Positions 1-10,900 of a stretch of DNA of 64,000 nucleotides are shown here, piece after piece. How positions within the stretch are numbered: the stretch's first letter is position 1; the number at the start of each line of letters is the position of its first letter. A program made the position numbers and the translations under genes. The notes under the pieces were generated by a model, which was not told the DNA's origin, searched no databases, and worked only from the letters and a program-made list of their open reading frames with translations. The stretch is taken from contig OZ244207.1 of assembly GCA_965216875.1 (NCBI GenBank), positions 352,001 through 416,000 on the forward strand, given 5' to 3'. This DNA comes from Rubripirellula sp. Lineage in GTDB: Bacteria; Planctomycetota; Planctomycetia; Pirellulales; Pirellulaceae.

Positions 1-2
1 GC

Positions 3-371
3 GCCGCAAAACAAGCCAGCTTCTTCTTCGGAAGTGACCCCGTGTTTCAGTTCAACGCGGCGAAGCAATTGCGACGAGCCTACTTTGGCGGTGAGCGTCT
101 CGCGGCGCGGGATGGCCAGCTCATGCGACTGGCCAAGCAATCCAGCGGCGGCCGATTGCAACTGCTGGAAACACCTCTCACCGAGGACGAACAGGCGTCC
201 GCCCTGAAGGTCTTGCAGAAGTGGTTGGACGAGACGGAGAGGTCCTTTTGTTCAGACGCTTCCTCGTGGCAGGTCTGCGAAGAATCACCGGGGCAGTTTC
301 TCGGCTTGGCGCGTCAATGGTTTGATGAGCTGGATGGTCACGTCGATATCGCAGACACACCCAACGCGTGA
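3..371 (+). CDS. Hypothetical protein, 5' end probably outside the window
   Basis: Frame is open from position 3 to TGA at 369-371; plausible protein-like composition. Confidence 0.6.
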   Translation, partial: AAKQASFFFGSDPVFQFNAAKQLRRAYFGGERLAARDGQLMRLAKQSSGGRLQLLETPLTEDEQASALKVLQKWLDETERSFCSDASSWQVCEESPGQFLGLARQWFDELDGHVDIADTPNA

Positions 372-472
372 TCTCGTAGGTCATGCTCCGCATGACAATC
401 CTCAGGTGTCATGCACAGCATGACCTACCTTGGCTGACGCGATCGCGGGTTATCGGATGTTTGTTCTCTTCC

Positions 473-681
473 CTCGTTCCAACGCTCCGCGTGGGAACGC
501 ACTCTTCGGACGCTCCGCGTCCTCTTTATCTTGAGCCGTACGCGCTAGCGTCGGGCCTTACCATCGTCTTGCGTCTCTGGGAGAGGCCCGACGCTTACGC
601 GTACCGCTCACAAGAATCACGGACGTTCGGGTTATGGGCAATGGAGTGGAAGGTCCGGCCGCTGACGCGATCACGGCTCAC
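473..681. repeat. Cluster of REP-like palindromic elements
   Basis: 473-525 (CTCGTTCCAACGCTCCGCGTGGGAACGCACTCTTCGGACGCTCCGCGTCCTCT) has an inverted near-copy at 7802-7854; GAGCCGTACGCGCTAGCGTCGGGCC at about 534-557 recurs at about 7860 and 30458. Confidence 0.8.
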
Positions 682-836
682 CGGATGAGAGAACCTCGCG
701 CTATCGCGTTTCGGCTGATCGTAGGACGTCGCTGGGCAGAAACAGGCAAAGGACTCGTCAGGCCACGTTGTGCACGTTACCGTGTAGGCATCGGAAACGG
801 GCGATCACGCTCATCAATTGAAGGAAGGATACAGCC

Positions 837-1316
837 GTGTTGGGACAATGGGTCGAAATTGAATTTGATTGTTTGCCGCTGCGAAGCGTGACGCGGCTAG
901 ATGTCCCCGTTGATGCATCGCCGGTGTACGAACAATTTGTGTTGCGCGTCAAAGAGGCGATGGGACGCCATGGGACGCACAACACCTACTACCTGCATCG
1001 CGGTCGATGTTCGTACCATTTGACGAACGACCCGCAACGCGGCACCGTCAACTTTGCGTTTGAGGGAACGGTGATGACCGACACCACGGATCGCAAAACG
1101 AAAGGGCTCGAGATCAACGTCAAGCTCGATTCGGAGACTTGCAACTGGTTGAGCGAGCCGATTGTCGGTTTCTTGTCAGAAAGCGTGCAGCATGCCGTCC
1201 TGGTGGAGTTTGATCGCTACATCGAGGCGGGGGATCTTGAGAAGACCGAACAACGGATCAAAGAGATCCAAGACGAGAGCGACGCTGCCGGCGGATTTGT
1301 CGGTATGTACCTGTAA
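837..1316 (+). CDS. Conserved hypothetical protein
   Basis: 159-aa ORF with typical codon usage; no recognisable motif. Confidence 0.8.
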   Translation: MLGQWVEIEFDCLPLRSVTRLDVPVDASPVYEQFVLRVKEAMGRHGTHNTYYLHRGRCSYHLTNDPQRGTVNFAFEGTVMTDTTDRKTKGLEINVKLDSETCNWLSEPIVGFLSESVQHAVLVEFDRYIEAGDLEKTEQRIKEIQDESDAAGGFVGMYL

Positions 1317-1362
1317 TTCAATTGATTGACCTGATTGATCGCCAGCGGGAGACGAACCGGCA

Positions 1363-1923
1363 ATGCGAGTGGAAGGTGTCTCAAACGCGCCGGATGACGA
1401 AACAGGCGAAGTCTTTCAGCGTCAGGCTCAAGCTTGGGGCGAGCCTCTGCTGCCGTACAAAGTGTACGCGCGGCGTCCAACGATCATGAAGTCGGTCGTT
1501 GGCATGTGGGATGGATTGGCCCAATCCGGACTCCTCGACGCGTCGCTCACTTCCATCATCAATCGGCGTGTCGCCAGTTTAAACGGATGTGTTTTCTGAC
1601 AGGACATTAACGCTGCAGTTGGCAGCGACCAGGGTGTTTCGGCCGAAAAGCTGATGGCGATCGGCGACTACGAAAACAGTTCGCTGTTTGACCAACGAGA
1701 GCGTGCGGCGCTACGGTATGCCGACGCGATCACGTTTTCGGACCGCGATGTGAACGAAGAACTGTTCGAAACGGTGAAGCAGTTTTTCAGTGATGACGAG
1801 ATTGTTGAGTTGACCGCGACGATTGCGTGGGAGAACTGTTCAAGTAAGTTCAACCGCGCCCTGCGGATTCCGTCGCAGGAACTCTGGCAATGCGGCGATT
1901 CCACCAACAACGACGACCATTGA
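1363..1923 (+). CDS. AhpD/carboxymuconolactone decarboxylase-like protein, predicted selenoprotein (CxxU; UGA at 1597-1599), 186 aa
   Basis: ORFs 1363-1599 and 1654-1923 share a frame, and the only stop between them is one TGA: RVASLNGCVF-U-QDINAAVG...ERAALRYADAIT...FSDDEIVELTATIAWEN...FNRAL. This is the AhpD/CMD pattern with U at the second Cys of CxxC. Confidence 0.85.
1600..1630 (+). promoter_or_regulatory. Putative bacterial SECIS element
   Basis: Hairpin CGCTGC(1611-1616)-AGTTG loop-GCAGCG(1622-1627); 17 nt separate the UGA from the loop, which has G at its second position. Confidence 0.7.
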
Positions 1924-1929
1924 GTTTCT

Positions 1930-2724
1930 ATGTCCGACAAGATGCGTCCTTGGATTTTGGCCGAATCGAATCTGGCCGAGATTCAAGCCAATCCGATTCG
2001 TGCCGCTGTGCTGCCGTTCGGCGCGACGGAGCCTCACAATTTGCACTTGCCCTACGGCACTGACACCTATGAAGTGGAAGCGTTGGGCGATCGCGCCTGC
2101 GAGGTAGCTTGGCAGGCAGGCGCGCGCGTCGTTTTGTTGCCGACGATTCCGTATGGCACCGAGACCAACATGGCGAAGTGCCCGTTGGCGATGAATGCGA
2201 GTCCGAGCACTTTGTCGGCACTGATCGGCGACATCGCGCAGTCGCTAGCCGACAACGGGATTCAGAAACTGCTGTTGCTCAACGGACACGGCGGAAATGA
2301 CTTCAAGCCCGCCGTGCGTGAGTGGATGAACCGAACGCCCGTTAAGTTGTTCCTGTGCGATTGGTTCAGTGGGCTCAGCAAAGATGTTCACCCTGAAATC
2401 TTTGAAGATGCCGGTGATCATGCTGGCGAAATGGAAACGTCACTTGGGCTGGCTTATTTCAGCCATCTCGTGCAAACCCGGTCCGACGGTTCACTTGCTG
2501 CCGATCAGGGCGAACCGAATACAACGCGATTTGAAGCGATCAACAACGGTTGGGTCAGCATCAGCCGGCCCTGGCATTTGTTGACCACAAACACTGGCTG
2601 CGGCAACCCTCATCCCGCCACCGCGGAAAAGGGTGAGCGGCTGATGGACGTGATGGTCGAGCGTCTAAGTCGGTTTCTTATCGAGCTTGCGTCGTCCGAC
2701 ATGGATGGCCGCTTTCCCTACTAA
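1930..2724 (+). CDS. Creatininase/creatinine amidohydrolase family protein
   Basis: Motifs GATEPHNLHLPYGTD, NGHGGN, DHAGEMETS, ATAEKGE. Confidence 0.9.
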   Translation: MSDKMRPWILAESNLAEIQANPIRAAVLPFGATEPHNLHLPYGTDTYEVEALGDRACEVAWQAGARVVLLPTIPYGTETNMAKCPLAMNASPSTLSALIGDIAQSLADNGIQKLLLLNGHGGNDFKPAVREWMNRTPVKLFLCDWFSGLSKDVHPEIFEDAGDHAGEMETSLGLAYFSHLVQTRSDGSLAADQGEPNTTRFEAINNGWVSISRPWHLLTTNTGCGNPHPATAEKGERLMDVMVERLSRFLIELASSDMDGRFPY

Positions 2725-3938
2725 GAATTCGCAGCGTGCAGGACGGCGGCGTAGCCAAGCACATCGTTGTGACTCTTGCAGTACTCAAGCGCGGTGTCAA
2801 AGGCCGACAGATCTCCTGCAGCTTTGGCTCGTCCGGCGATGTCAATCAACAATGGCACAATCCGCTGGGGGGGCAAATCGCTCGGCACAAGTTCGACGCA
2901 GGCGGCAACCGCATCGGCAGGACGACCAACGCGATCAAGCAAATCAACATAGGCTTCAATCGCCGCAGTTCCGTGTTCGGCAACATCGACGCTGCGTGCC
3001 TTGCGTTCGAACATCCGCAACCCCGCGTCAATGTTCTCACCGAGCAAGACCGAGAAGTAGGCCGAGTGTGCGGGATAGAAGTCGACAAACGGTTCTTCGC
3101 CTGGGTATTGGAATTGATGGTTGAGCCGTCGCCCGTACTGGGTTAGCTCCCAAGCCTTACGAAGTTCGTCGGGGTCTTCCAGTTGTGTCGCAACACGAAC
3201 GGTCGACGAAAGGTGGGTCGTGTCGAGATGGTAGCCGCCTTCGCCCAAGACCCATTTTCGCTTCTCGACCATTTGGGCCAAGTCTTCTTCGTCGCCGGGG
3301 GCGTCTTCACGCGAGGCGATGTCATTTCGGACAAGCTCGATCAGTTCGCCGTAAAGATGATTGAGCAAACGCGACGCCGCTGCTTTGCGGTCGGCTTTGC
3401 TGCGTGACACGATCGCTTGTTCGTAAAGCGTGATCGAGTTGCAGGTTCCCTGGTTGTCGATCACAGCTTGAAAGCCTCGGCCAACATCGATGCCTTCGTG
3501 CAAAAGGACTTGCACCATCTCGTCGTAGTTTTCTTCGGTGATCTCGTGATCGGCCAACAGTTCTTTGGCGAGTTCGGCGTCACCGGTTGGACGCAAGTAC
3601 ATCCAGCCCTCTCCGACGCGTCCCTGTTTCATCAGCATCGTTCCTGCTTCGCGGCACGCGTCGAGCAATCCGATTTCGAGCTGACGTTCGACATCCTCTG
3701 GGCGTGAAGGTTCGTTCTCTTCGGTGACCAATGGCAGGTCAAGCTGACTGCGAATTCGCATCTTCAACGCCTCGAACAACTCCATCGGTTGCTCGGTGGC
3801 ACGAAAGTGGTCAACCATTTGGTCGAGCATGTCGGCCGGCGTTTCACGTTTGTCGGCGAGTTGGGAAAAGATATCTGTATCGGTCGCGGCCATTTGGTCG
3901 GTGATCCAAGGTGGAGGTGGGGGCGCTGGGCGAACCAT
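2721..3938 (-). CDS. Hypothetical alpha-helical protein (start may be ATG 3893)
   Basis: 405-aa ORF; its stop overlaps the stop of the convergent creatininase gene. Confidence 0.8.
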   Translation of the reverse strand: MVRPAPPPPPWITDQMAATDTDIFSQLADKRETPADMLDQMVDHFRATEQPMELFEALKMRIRSQLDLPLVTEENEPSRPEDVERQLEIGLLDACREAGTMLMKQGRVGEGWMYLRPTGDAELAKELLADHEITEENYDEMVQVLLHEGIDVGRGFQAVIDNQGTCNSITLYEQAIVSRSKADRKAAASRLLNHLYGELIELVRNDIASREDAPGDEEDLAQMVEKRKWVLGEGGYHLDTTHLSSTVRVATQLEDPDELRKAWELTQYGRRLNHQFQYPGEEPFVDFYPAHSAYFSVLLGENIDAGLRMFERKARSVDVAEHGTAAIEAYVDLLDRVGRPADAVAACVELVPSDLPPQRIVPLLIDIAGRAKAAGDLSAFDTALEYCKSHNDVLGYAAVLHAANS

Positions 3939-3983
3939 ACAGCTTAGAAGGTCGAGGCCTGCTGCGGGAGGGCCACCGCCGCC

Positions 3984-4049
3984 AGTTCGTAGTACCGAGC
4001 TTTAGCCGGAATCTTCAGGCTCTTCCGCCTGAAGGCGGGACTACAAACT
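3984..4049. repeat. Pair of GTAG-type REP elements
   Basis: AGTTCGTAGTACCGAGCTTTAGCCGGAATCTTC (3984-4016) has inverted copies at 56091-56123 and 56134-56166; it is followed by inverted TCCGCCTGAAGGCGGGACTAC, similar to 37420-37440. Confidence 0.8.
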
Positions 4050-4171
4050 TATGTGTGCTGTGATCGCGTAGGCGGTCGGACGTTGCTGTCGCTGCTCGGT
4101 CGGCCTGCGGGGTGCGAGCGCAGCTACAATTTGGGTCCCACCCAATAGCCAACCCTCAAAAAGCCCACCCC

Positions 4172-5296
4172 ATGTTTCGACTTCGACTTCTTTGGCTTTG
4201 CGCCTTTTTCTCTCTCCCCGCGTCCGCGACCGACTTTGGCGAAGTCCAAGAGATGCTTGATGCGGCGGTGGAGGAAGGCACCGTTGCAGGTGGCACGTTG
4301 ATGATCATCGAAGAGGGGGAGGTCACCTTCAATGTTGGCTTTGGGTACGCCGACGTCGATTCGAAAACGTCGTTCAAGACCGAGACGCCAGTCATCATCG
4401 CATCGATCAGCAAACCGATGCTCGGCACGGTCGCCTTTCGATTGGCTCAGCAGGGTGAGGTTGACCTGAACGCTCCGATCACTCAGTACCTACCTGAGTT
4501 CGCTGGGCTGAAGCTCGAGTCGGGCAAGCCGCAGTCGCGACCGCCGACAACGATCGAGCTCTTCACGCATACATCGGGACTGCGTCATTCGGAAGCTAAA
4601 GGGGGGCGTCCCTGGTTCGCAAGTTGGACCGCTGGCAAACCCCTTGGCGATGTGGTCGCACGTTATGCAACCGACATTCCAGCCGAAAGCCAGCCGCGAT
4701 CTCGGTACGCCTACAGCGGGATCGGAACGGACGTTGCCGCTCGCGTTTTGGAAGTTGCGACCGACACGCCACGCAACGAGATGCTCGTCGAAGTGCTCAC
4801 GGATCAACTTGGAATGACAAGCACCTTTTATCGTGACGCCGAAAGCCTTCAACGCGTTGCCGAAATGCCGACTCGGTATCGCTACGGAAAGCAGGGGCAA
4901 CTCGTTGCCGATCGCAAACGGTTTGTGCCGCCCAAGAACATGTACAGCTCCTCAGGCGGCGCGATCATTTCCACTTCGTCAGATCTCGCGAAGTGGTTGA
5001 TGATGTTTCGCAATGGTGGGAAGCACCGAGGCAAGGTTTTTCTGAACGAGCAAGTCCTCGGCAAAATGCTGGCTCCCTACCCGCCAAGCCTTAAGACTCG
5101 GGGTGGCTTTTCCCTGCACAAACGTGCCCGAGGCAAGACGCTCGGCATTGGGCACACGGGATCCTCTGGAACCAGTTGCTGGATCGATTTCGAGAACGAC
5201 GTCATCTACATCTTGCTGACGCAAACCAAGGGCACGGACATCAAGCCTTGGCGACTACGTCTCGAGAAGCGTATTCGCGAACTCGTTGCCGAGTAA
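4172..5296 (+). CDS. Secreted serine hydrolase, beta-lactamase class C-like family
   Basis: Signal peptide; SISK (SxxK), LFTHTSGL, YAYSG, GHTG motifs. Confidence 0.9.
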   Translation: MFRLRLLWLCAFFSLPASATDFGEVQEMLDAAVEEGTVAGGTLMIIEEGEVTFNVGFGYADVDSKTSFKTETPVIIASISKPMLGTVAFRLAQQGEVDLNAPITQYLPEFAGLKLESGKPQSRPPTTIELFTHTSGLRHSEAKGGRPWFASWTAGKPLGDVVARYATDIPAESQPRSRYAYSGIGTDVAARVLEVATDTPRNEMLVEVLTDQLGMTSTFYRDAESLQRVAEMPTRYRYGKQGQLVADRKRFVPPKNMYSSSGGAIISTSSDLAKWLMMFRNGGKHRGKVFLNEQVLGKMLAPYPPSLKTRGGFSLHKRARGKTLGIGHTGSSGTSCWIDFENDVIYILLTQTKGTDIKPWRLRLEKRIRELVAE

Positions 5297-5321
5297 CGTT
5301 GCTGGCTCTGCGTCCGGATTG

Positions 5322-7586
5322 CTAGTCTTTCAATTCTCGTTGAAACAAACGGTCCGCGGTTTCGATCATTTGGTTGAACCACGCTTGCTTGTTCAGGAAG
5401 GCGTGCGGGGCGTCGTCAATCACAGTGACATTGGTGTCGACGCCAAGAGTTTGAGCTTGGGCCCGAAACTCGTCCGCATGGGTGCTCGGATCGTCCTTCT
5501 GGCCCGTGATGAACCAGCAGGGTGGGTCGTTCGCATCGAGATGCGCTAGCGGCGATGCAAGTGTGTAGTTTTCGCGGTTTTCGGTTTGCGACCCACTCAA
5601 GAATTGGCGCCAGATCTTTCCGCGTTCTTCGATCGACGAGATCTCTTTGGTTCGTTCCGACAATAAATGCGTTTGCGCCCCCATCGGAACCGCAGCTTGA
5701 ATGCTGCTGCTGAAGGATGCGTTGCCGCCGTCGCCTTCCAGCTGGGGTGTGCCACTTGATGTCGCCAGCAACGCGGTCAAATGCCCGCCCGCCGACAACC
5801 CGATCGCGCCGATGTTGTTGGTATCGATTCCAAATTCATCGGCGTTGGCTCTCAAGAACCTGACTGCTGCTTTGCAATCTTGGATCGCGGCAGGAAACGG
5901 TGCCTCGCCACTGAGGCGATAAGAAATGGTAGCCGCCACATACCCGCGTGCCGCCAACGCTTGAGCGATCTTGGTGTGACTCGTTCGGTCCCCCTTCCAC
6001 CATCCGCCACCATGGATGCAAACCACAGCAGGCAGTTTTCCCCATGCTTCCTTGGGGCGGTAGATATCCATCTCAAGTGTGCGGTCGCCATACTTGGCAT
6101 AGGTGACGTCGAGCTGTTGGTTGAGTCCAGCGAGGACTTGCCGCGGGATGGTCGTCTTGCCACCGGGCGAATGCGGCACCGAGCCAGCGGGGCGCGCGTC
6201 GAGCCTCATTTCTTCTTGGAACAGCACGGCCATCCCGCGAAGCTTTCGCGTGATTTCGCCATTTCGCACAAGCGTCTTTTCACCCGGATCCTTTGATAGA
6301 TCGTAGAGTTCCAACGACGGATTCAGGTAGAGCTTCCAGTTCCGCCAGCGGACTGCGGCCAGCGCGCCTTGGCTGCCGTGATAGAAAAACGCTTCGTGAA
6401 ATTCATTGCGTTTGATGATCGAGGCCCATTCTTGAGGTGGATCCCAACGGCGACGCAACGGGAGGGACGCATTGAGAGACTTTTTGAGCGCGGGCCCCGG
6501 CACAAACTTGGTTTCGCCCTTGAGTAGCGGACTGATGTCACGACCATCGATCACAATTCCTTCCGGGACTGCGATTCCAGCCAGCGAGGCGAGTGTTGGA
6601 TACCAGTCCATCGCACGGACGACCGCAAACGATTTTGCGTCCGACTGCAACCCGATTCCTGGTCCCCAGGCGATCGCCGGAACGCGAATGCCACCTTCGT
6701 AAGTCGACAGTTTGCGGCCACGAATGGGTTGTTTCGGTGTGCGGCCGGGACCACGTCCATTGTCCGATGCGTAAACGACGATGGTGTTGTCATCGATACC
6801 AAGGTTTTTAAGCGTCTCAAAAAGCCGACCGACATTGTGGTCAAGTTCTTCGATTGCATCACCGTACTCACCCCACTGCGATTGGCCTTTGAATTCGTCG
6901 CTGACACCGAGCGGATTGTGCAGCATTGTGTGAGGAAGATACAAGAAGAACGGTGTGTCTTTGTTTTGCGTGATGAAGTCGATCGCTTCGTCGGTGTAGC
7001 GTTGGGTTAACTCGGCCGGGTTGGCGGGGCGCTGAACGACCTTGCCGTTTCGAACCAACGGGACACCACCTTCCTTTTCGAAGTAGATGACTTCGACCGG
7101 ATCGAGGTTGTGGAGCAATCCAAAGTAGTGATCAAATCCTTGGTTAGTGGGCAGGAAGGGTTCATGAAAACCAAGATGCCACTTGCCGATGCATGCCGTC
7201 TTGTAACCTGCAGCTTGAAACAACTCGGGCATCGTCGTCTCATCGGGATGGATGCCGAATCGTGAGTCGGCACGGTGCACCCAAATCTCGTTGCCAACGC
7301 GGCGCGGATAACAGCCGGTAAGTAGTCCGGCACGCGAGGGGCTGCAGATGGGAGCAGCCGCGTAGTAGTCGCGAAACAGCGTGCCCTCGTCCGCCATCGC
7401 GTCGATGTTGGGCGTCTGCACTTCCGTTGCTCCGTAGCAACCGAGGTCATAGTAGCCCTGGTCATCGACAAAGATGAAGACAACGTTCGGTCGAGTGTCC
7501 GGTTCAGCGTGAAGGACACAAGGGCAAACGGCCAACGCGATTGCGGTGGCCAACCCAAGAAGTGGTAGGCGATTCATGCGTGACAT
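5322..7586 (-). CDS. Secreted sulfatase fused to a C-terminal alpha/beta-hydrolase (esterase)
   Basis: DDQGY, CSPSRAGLLTG (FGly motif), GKWHLG, SDNG; C-terminal HGGGW, GLSAGG, D...H triad. Confidence 0.92.
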   Translation of the reverse strand: MSRMNRLPLLGLATAIALAVCPCVLHAEPDTRPNVVFIFVDDQGYYDLGCYGATEVQTPNIDAMADEGTLFRDYYAAAPICSPSRAGLLTGCYPRRVGNEIWVHRADSRFGIHPDETTMPELFQAAGYKTACIGKWHLGFHEPFLPTNQGFDHYFGLLHNLDPVEVIYFEKEGGVPLVRNGKVVQRPANPAELTQRYTDEAIDFITQNKDTPFFLYLPHTMLHNPLGVSDEFKGQSQWGEYGDAIEELDHNVGRLFETLKNLGIDDNTIVVYASDNGRGPGRTPKQPIRGRKLSTYEGGIRVPAIAWGPGIGLQSDAKSFAVVRAMDWYPTLASLAGIAVPEGIVIDGRDISPLLKGETKFVPGPALKKSLNASLPLRRRWDPPQEWASIIKRNEFHEAFFYHGSQGALAAVRWRNWKLYLNPSLELYDLSKDPGEKTLVRNGEITRKLRGMAVLFQEEMRLDARPAGSVPHSPGGKTTIPRQVLAGLNQQLDVTYAKYGDRTLEMDIYRPKEAWGKLPAVVCIHGGGWWKGDRTSHTKIAQALAARGYVAATISYRLSGEAPFPAAIQDCKAAVRFLRANADEFGIDTNNIGAIGLSAGGHLTALLATSSGTPQLEGDGGNASFSSSIQAAVPMGAQTHLLSERTKEISSIEERGKIWRQFLSGSQTENRENYTLASPLAHLDANDPPCWFITGQKDDPSTHADEFRAQAQTLGVDTNVTVIDDAPHAFLNKQAWFNQMIETADRLFQRELKD

Positions 7587-7801
7587 GCTGTGGTGGGAGG
7601 ATTCGGCGATAATGCCGGAACAGATTCGGATTCAAGTGATGAGTCGAACTGTACTGTCGATCTCTTGGCGAGCTGTCAGGTTATCTGCCCCAGCCCGATG
7701 ATCAAGATGAAACCAACTTCCCCTGTCGGTCGGCCCGCCCAGCCCTACGACTCGCGCTCGGCTAGACCGTGGTGCTCGTTTCTGAGTCGCATGCGCTAGG
7801 A

Positions 7802-7886
7802 AGAGGACGCGGAGCGTCCGAAGAGTGCGTGACCACGCGGAGCGGGGTCACGAGGAAGTGAGCCGAACGCGCTAGCGTCGGGCTTT
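7802..7886. repeat. REP-like palindrome cluster
   Basis: Inverted near-copy of 473-525 followed by GTGAGCCGAACGCGCTAGCGTCGGGC. Confidence 0.75.
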
Positions 7887-7914
7887 TCACACGTCGGGCC
7901 TTTCACGCGTCCAG

Positions 7915-10900
7915 CTAGCGGCGGAAGTTACGTTCGTGGAATCGCATGATCTCAAGCCCCTGCTTTTCATAGATCTTCGTCCCTGAATGTGGAACATCAG
8001 GGACGATGAGTGGGCGGTGGGCGATCCCCAGGTCTTGGAGGAATTCCATGTAGTCCAAGTTGTTTTCGTAATTGAATCCATCGGTGCCGACGTAGATCAT
8101 CAGATTCAACTTGGGGGCGTCGTTTCGATCCGCGTAGCGTCGAGCCAAGTCCCACGTGTTGTCGCCCTTGGAAAACCGCAACAATTCCGACTCGGCTGAA
8201 TCGGGCGATTCGCTGATGCGCTTTTCCGTTGCGTATCCTCCGCCGCCTGCCGCCACGCTGCTGAACAACTCGGGGTATCGCAGCGATAGTCGCATCGTCC
8301 CGCGGCCTCCTTGCGAGAACCCTTCGAGTCCTCGTGCCGATCGATCGGGAATCGTACGGTAGGTTGCATCAATGTGGGGAATCAATTCTTGGATGAAGAC
8401 GTCAGCGCCATTGGCATCTGGTTGTCCAGCAACACCGATTCGATCAGGCACGTTGTAGTGGCTGACCGGACCGCCGTTGACGAAGACGTAGATCACGGGA
8501 GCAAGTTCGTGCTCTTTGCGAATGCGAACCATTTGTTCGGCGAGTCGAGCGCTCTTGGCTTCCGAGCCAGGCCGTCCGCCGTGCAGGTAGTACACGACTG
8601 GGTAACGCGCATCGGACGACTCGTAGCCGTCCGGCAAGAGAATGCCATAGCCAACCTTTTGCTTCGCCAAGCGACTTTCGAACGTCCCGTGCTTTAACCC
8701 TTTGGCGTCGAGTTTGGGAAGCGGGTTGATCCACGCAAAGGGTTTCGCCTTCTGCCGGTTACCCGAAACTTCGTACCAAAGGGTTTGGTACTTTGGCGAG
8801 ATTTCAAAGCTGATCGCGTCGCCTTTGCGTTTGGTAGGAATCTCAACGACGCGTCGCCCCTTGCCATCAAGGGCGTAAACGCTGGTGACTTGCTTGTTCT
8901 CAAGTGTCACCTTGGCATTCATGCCCATGACCTGAGTCGGACCTTGCCCCCAATCCTTGCCAACGCTGTTGCGTTGCGCGTTCCAACCCATGTTCTCGTT
9001 TTCTGTATGAGTTGAAGCCAGCAGCAATAGTTTTCGACTTTTGGTGATGGGTGCACCGTCTTGGCTGGTCAAAACCAAGGTGGCGTAATTTGGATCGATC
9101 GAGCCGACTTGCCATTCCATATCTTTGGTTTGGTAGTTCTGGTCACCGATTGTTCCCCAAACACCTTGAGTTCGACCGGTATTGATTTTCAGAAAACCCT
9201 TTGTGGGTGGCTCCGATTTCCAGCTCAATCGTCCATCCGGAGTGCTCAGGTGATTCGTACTTGGCTCTGGCAACGAAGGGGCTTTGGTGACGGTCGGCGA
9301 CACGGCAAGTCGATGGGTCAAAGCGTGCCGTCCATCGATGGGCGAGCCAATCGGTGCTAGCCGCTGATTGCGAAGCGGCGCCAAATCGCCGCGCAGGAAG
9401 ACGTTGGCAAAAACCGAAAGATTTGCGAGCTTGACCGGTTGTCCGTTGAAGCTGAAGAAGTTGATCGTTTGGTTCCGGTTCCAATCGTCTGATGTCTTGG
9501 ACGACGCATCGAAGTCGAAAAAGAAGACGGCATCCCAGTCTTGCAGCGCGGCGAGCGAGGCAGCCAACGGAACGCAGCCCGACGAATAGGGACTAGGCTC
9601 GGGGTAGTTCCACTCGGTCAGCGTCATCGGTTTGTTGGCGTACCGCCATCCCGTTCGCATCAGCAATGAGTTGGTTGGCCAATCCGATCGCGTCGGATCG
9701 GCTTCCATTGGTTCATTACCCACCGTCCATTTATCGGCACTCCACATCGCGCCGGCGGGGAACATCGGATGATGCCAATAGTTGTGCACATCGATGAAGT
9801 CGTTCAGTTTCAGGTTGACTTCGGGAGTGTGGTAATTCGCTTGGCTGGCGATGATCGGTACTTTCACGCCCAGGTCTTCTTGAAGAAAACGTTTCAGCTC
9901 GGTGACCCAAGCGATTTCGGTTTCGACCATGAAACGACGCATGTCACCATGAGCCGCAACGGGCGAACCCGCGTCGGGGATGGCAACAGAAAGGCTTTCA
10001 AGCGTTTGGTCTTTGGGCAGGGCGTTGGCTGCGGCGCCTGGGCGGAGGCTAACGCCCGCAAACTCGACAGGGACTGCCGACATGCCAAAATTCAATCGCA
10101 GGTTTGCGCCATCGGCAATCGACTCCGAGGGGAAGACAACGCGGCTGATCTTGGTCCACTGCGTTGTGGAGGCGACATTTTCGAACATCCCCAGTGATCG
10201 CCAATCGCCATTTTGCGCAGTGCTCAGTTCGATACCGACCGACCGCGGTTCATCCGATCGCACCCAGCACTCGAATGTGTAGGGGGAATCGGCCTCGACG
10301 GTCAGGTCGACCACGGAAAGTTGCATACCGTGATTTTCTTCGGTGCGTCGTTTGGGCTCGAATCGCACGGCCGGTACTTTTCCGACGCCGTCGATTTCGG
10401 CCGCTTTGATTGATCGACCCAACTCGATTTCGTCCAAGCTGTACTGCCAATGGGTCGCCCCTGGATCGAAGCTCGGATCAAACAATGGATCCCGCAGGAT
10501 CGGCTGTCGTTGCCCCCATTGAGCGACCATGTTTTTGGTGTCGCCGTATTGCGTGGTTAGCCACCGGTTCCAGGCTTTGATCAACGAAGATTGAAAACGC
10601 CGTGGCAGCTTGCGGTACAGCGAATAGCCCTGCTTGCTGAAATAGTTTTCATTGAGCATTTCGACTAGCGCGATGCCTGGATCATCGACGCGTGCCAAAT
10701 GGTTTCGGTAAGGATTCTTGTGCGTCAGCATTTCGCGACAGTAGTCCTTTACTTTGCTTTGCACGTCGGCGTCGTAGTACATCACCCACTTATTCGCGCC
10801 CGCCCACCAAGGTGCTCCTGTCAACGGCGGAAACCCCTCGGCTTCACTGAGTGTGCGGCTGCAGTGCATGTTCAAATCGGCATAGATTCCGTTTTCATGA

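Noticed and set aside
1597..1599. Pseudogene or two separate small genes
   Set aside because: The stop is UGA exactly at a catalytic Cys position, the frame is otherwise intact and a SECIS-like hairpin follows. Recoding is more parsimonious, though unproven
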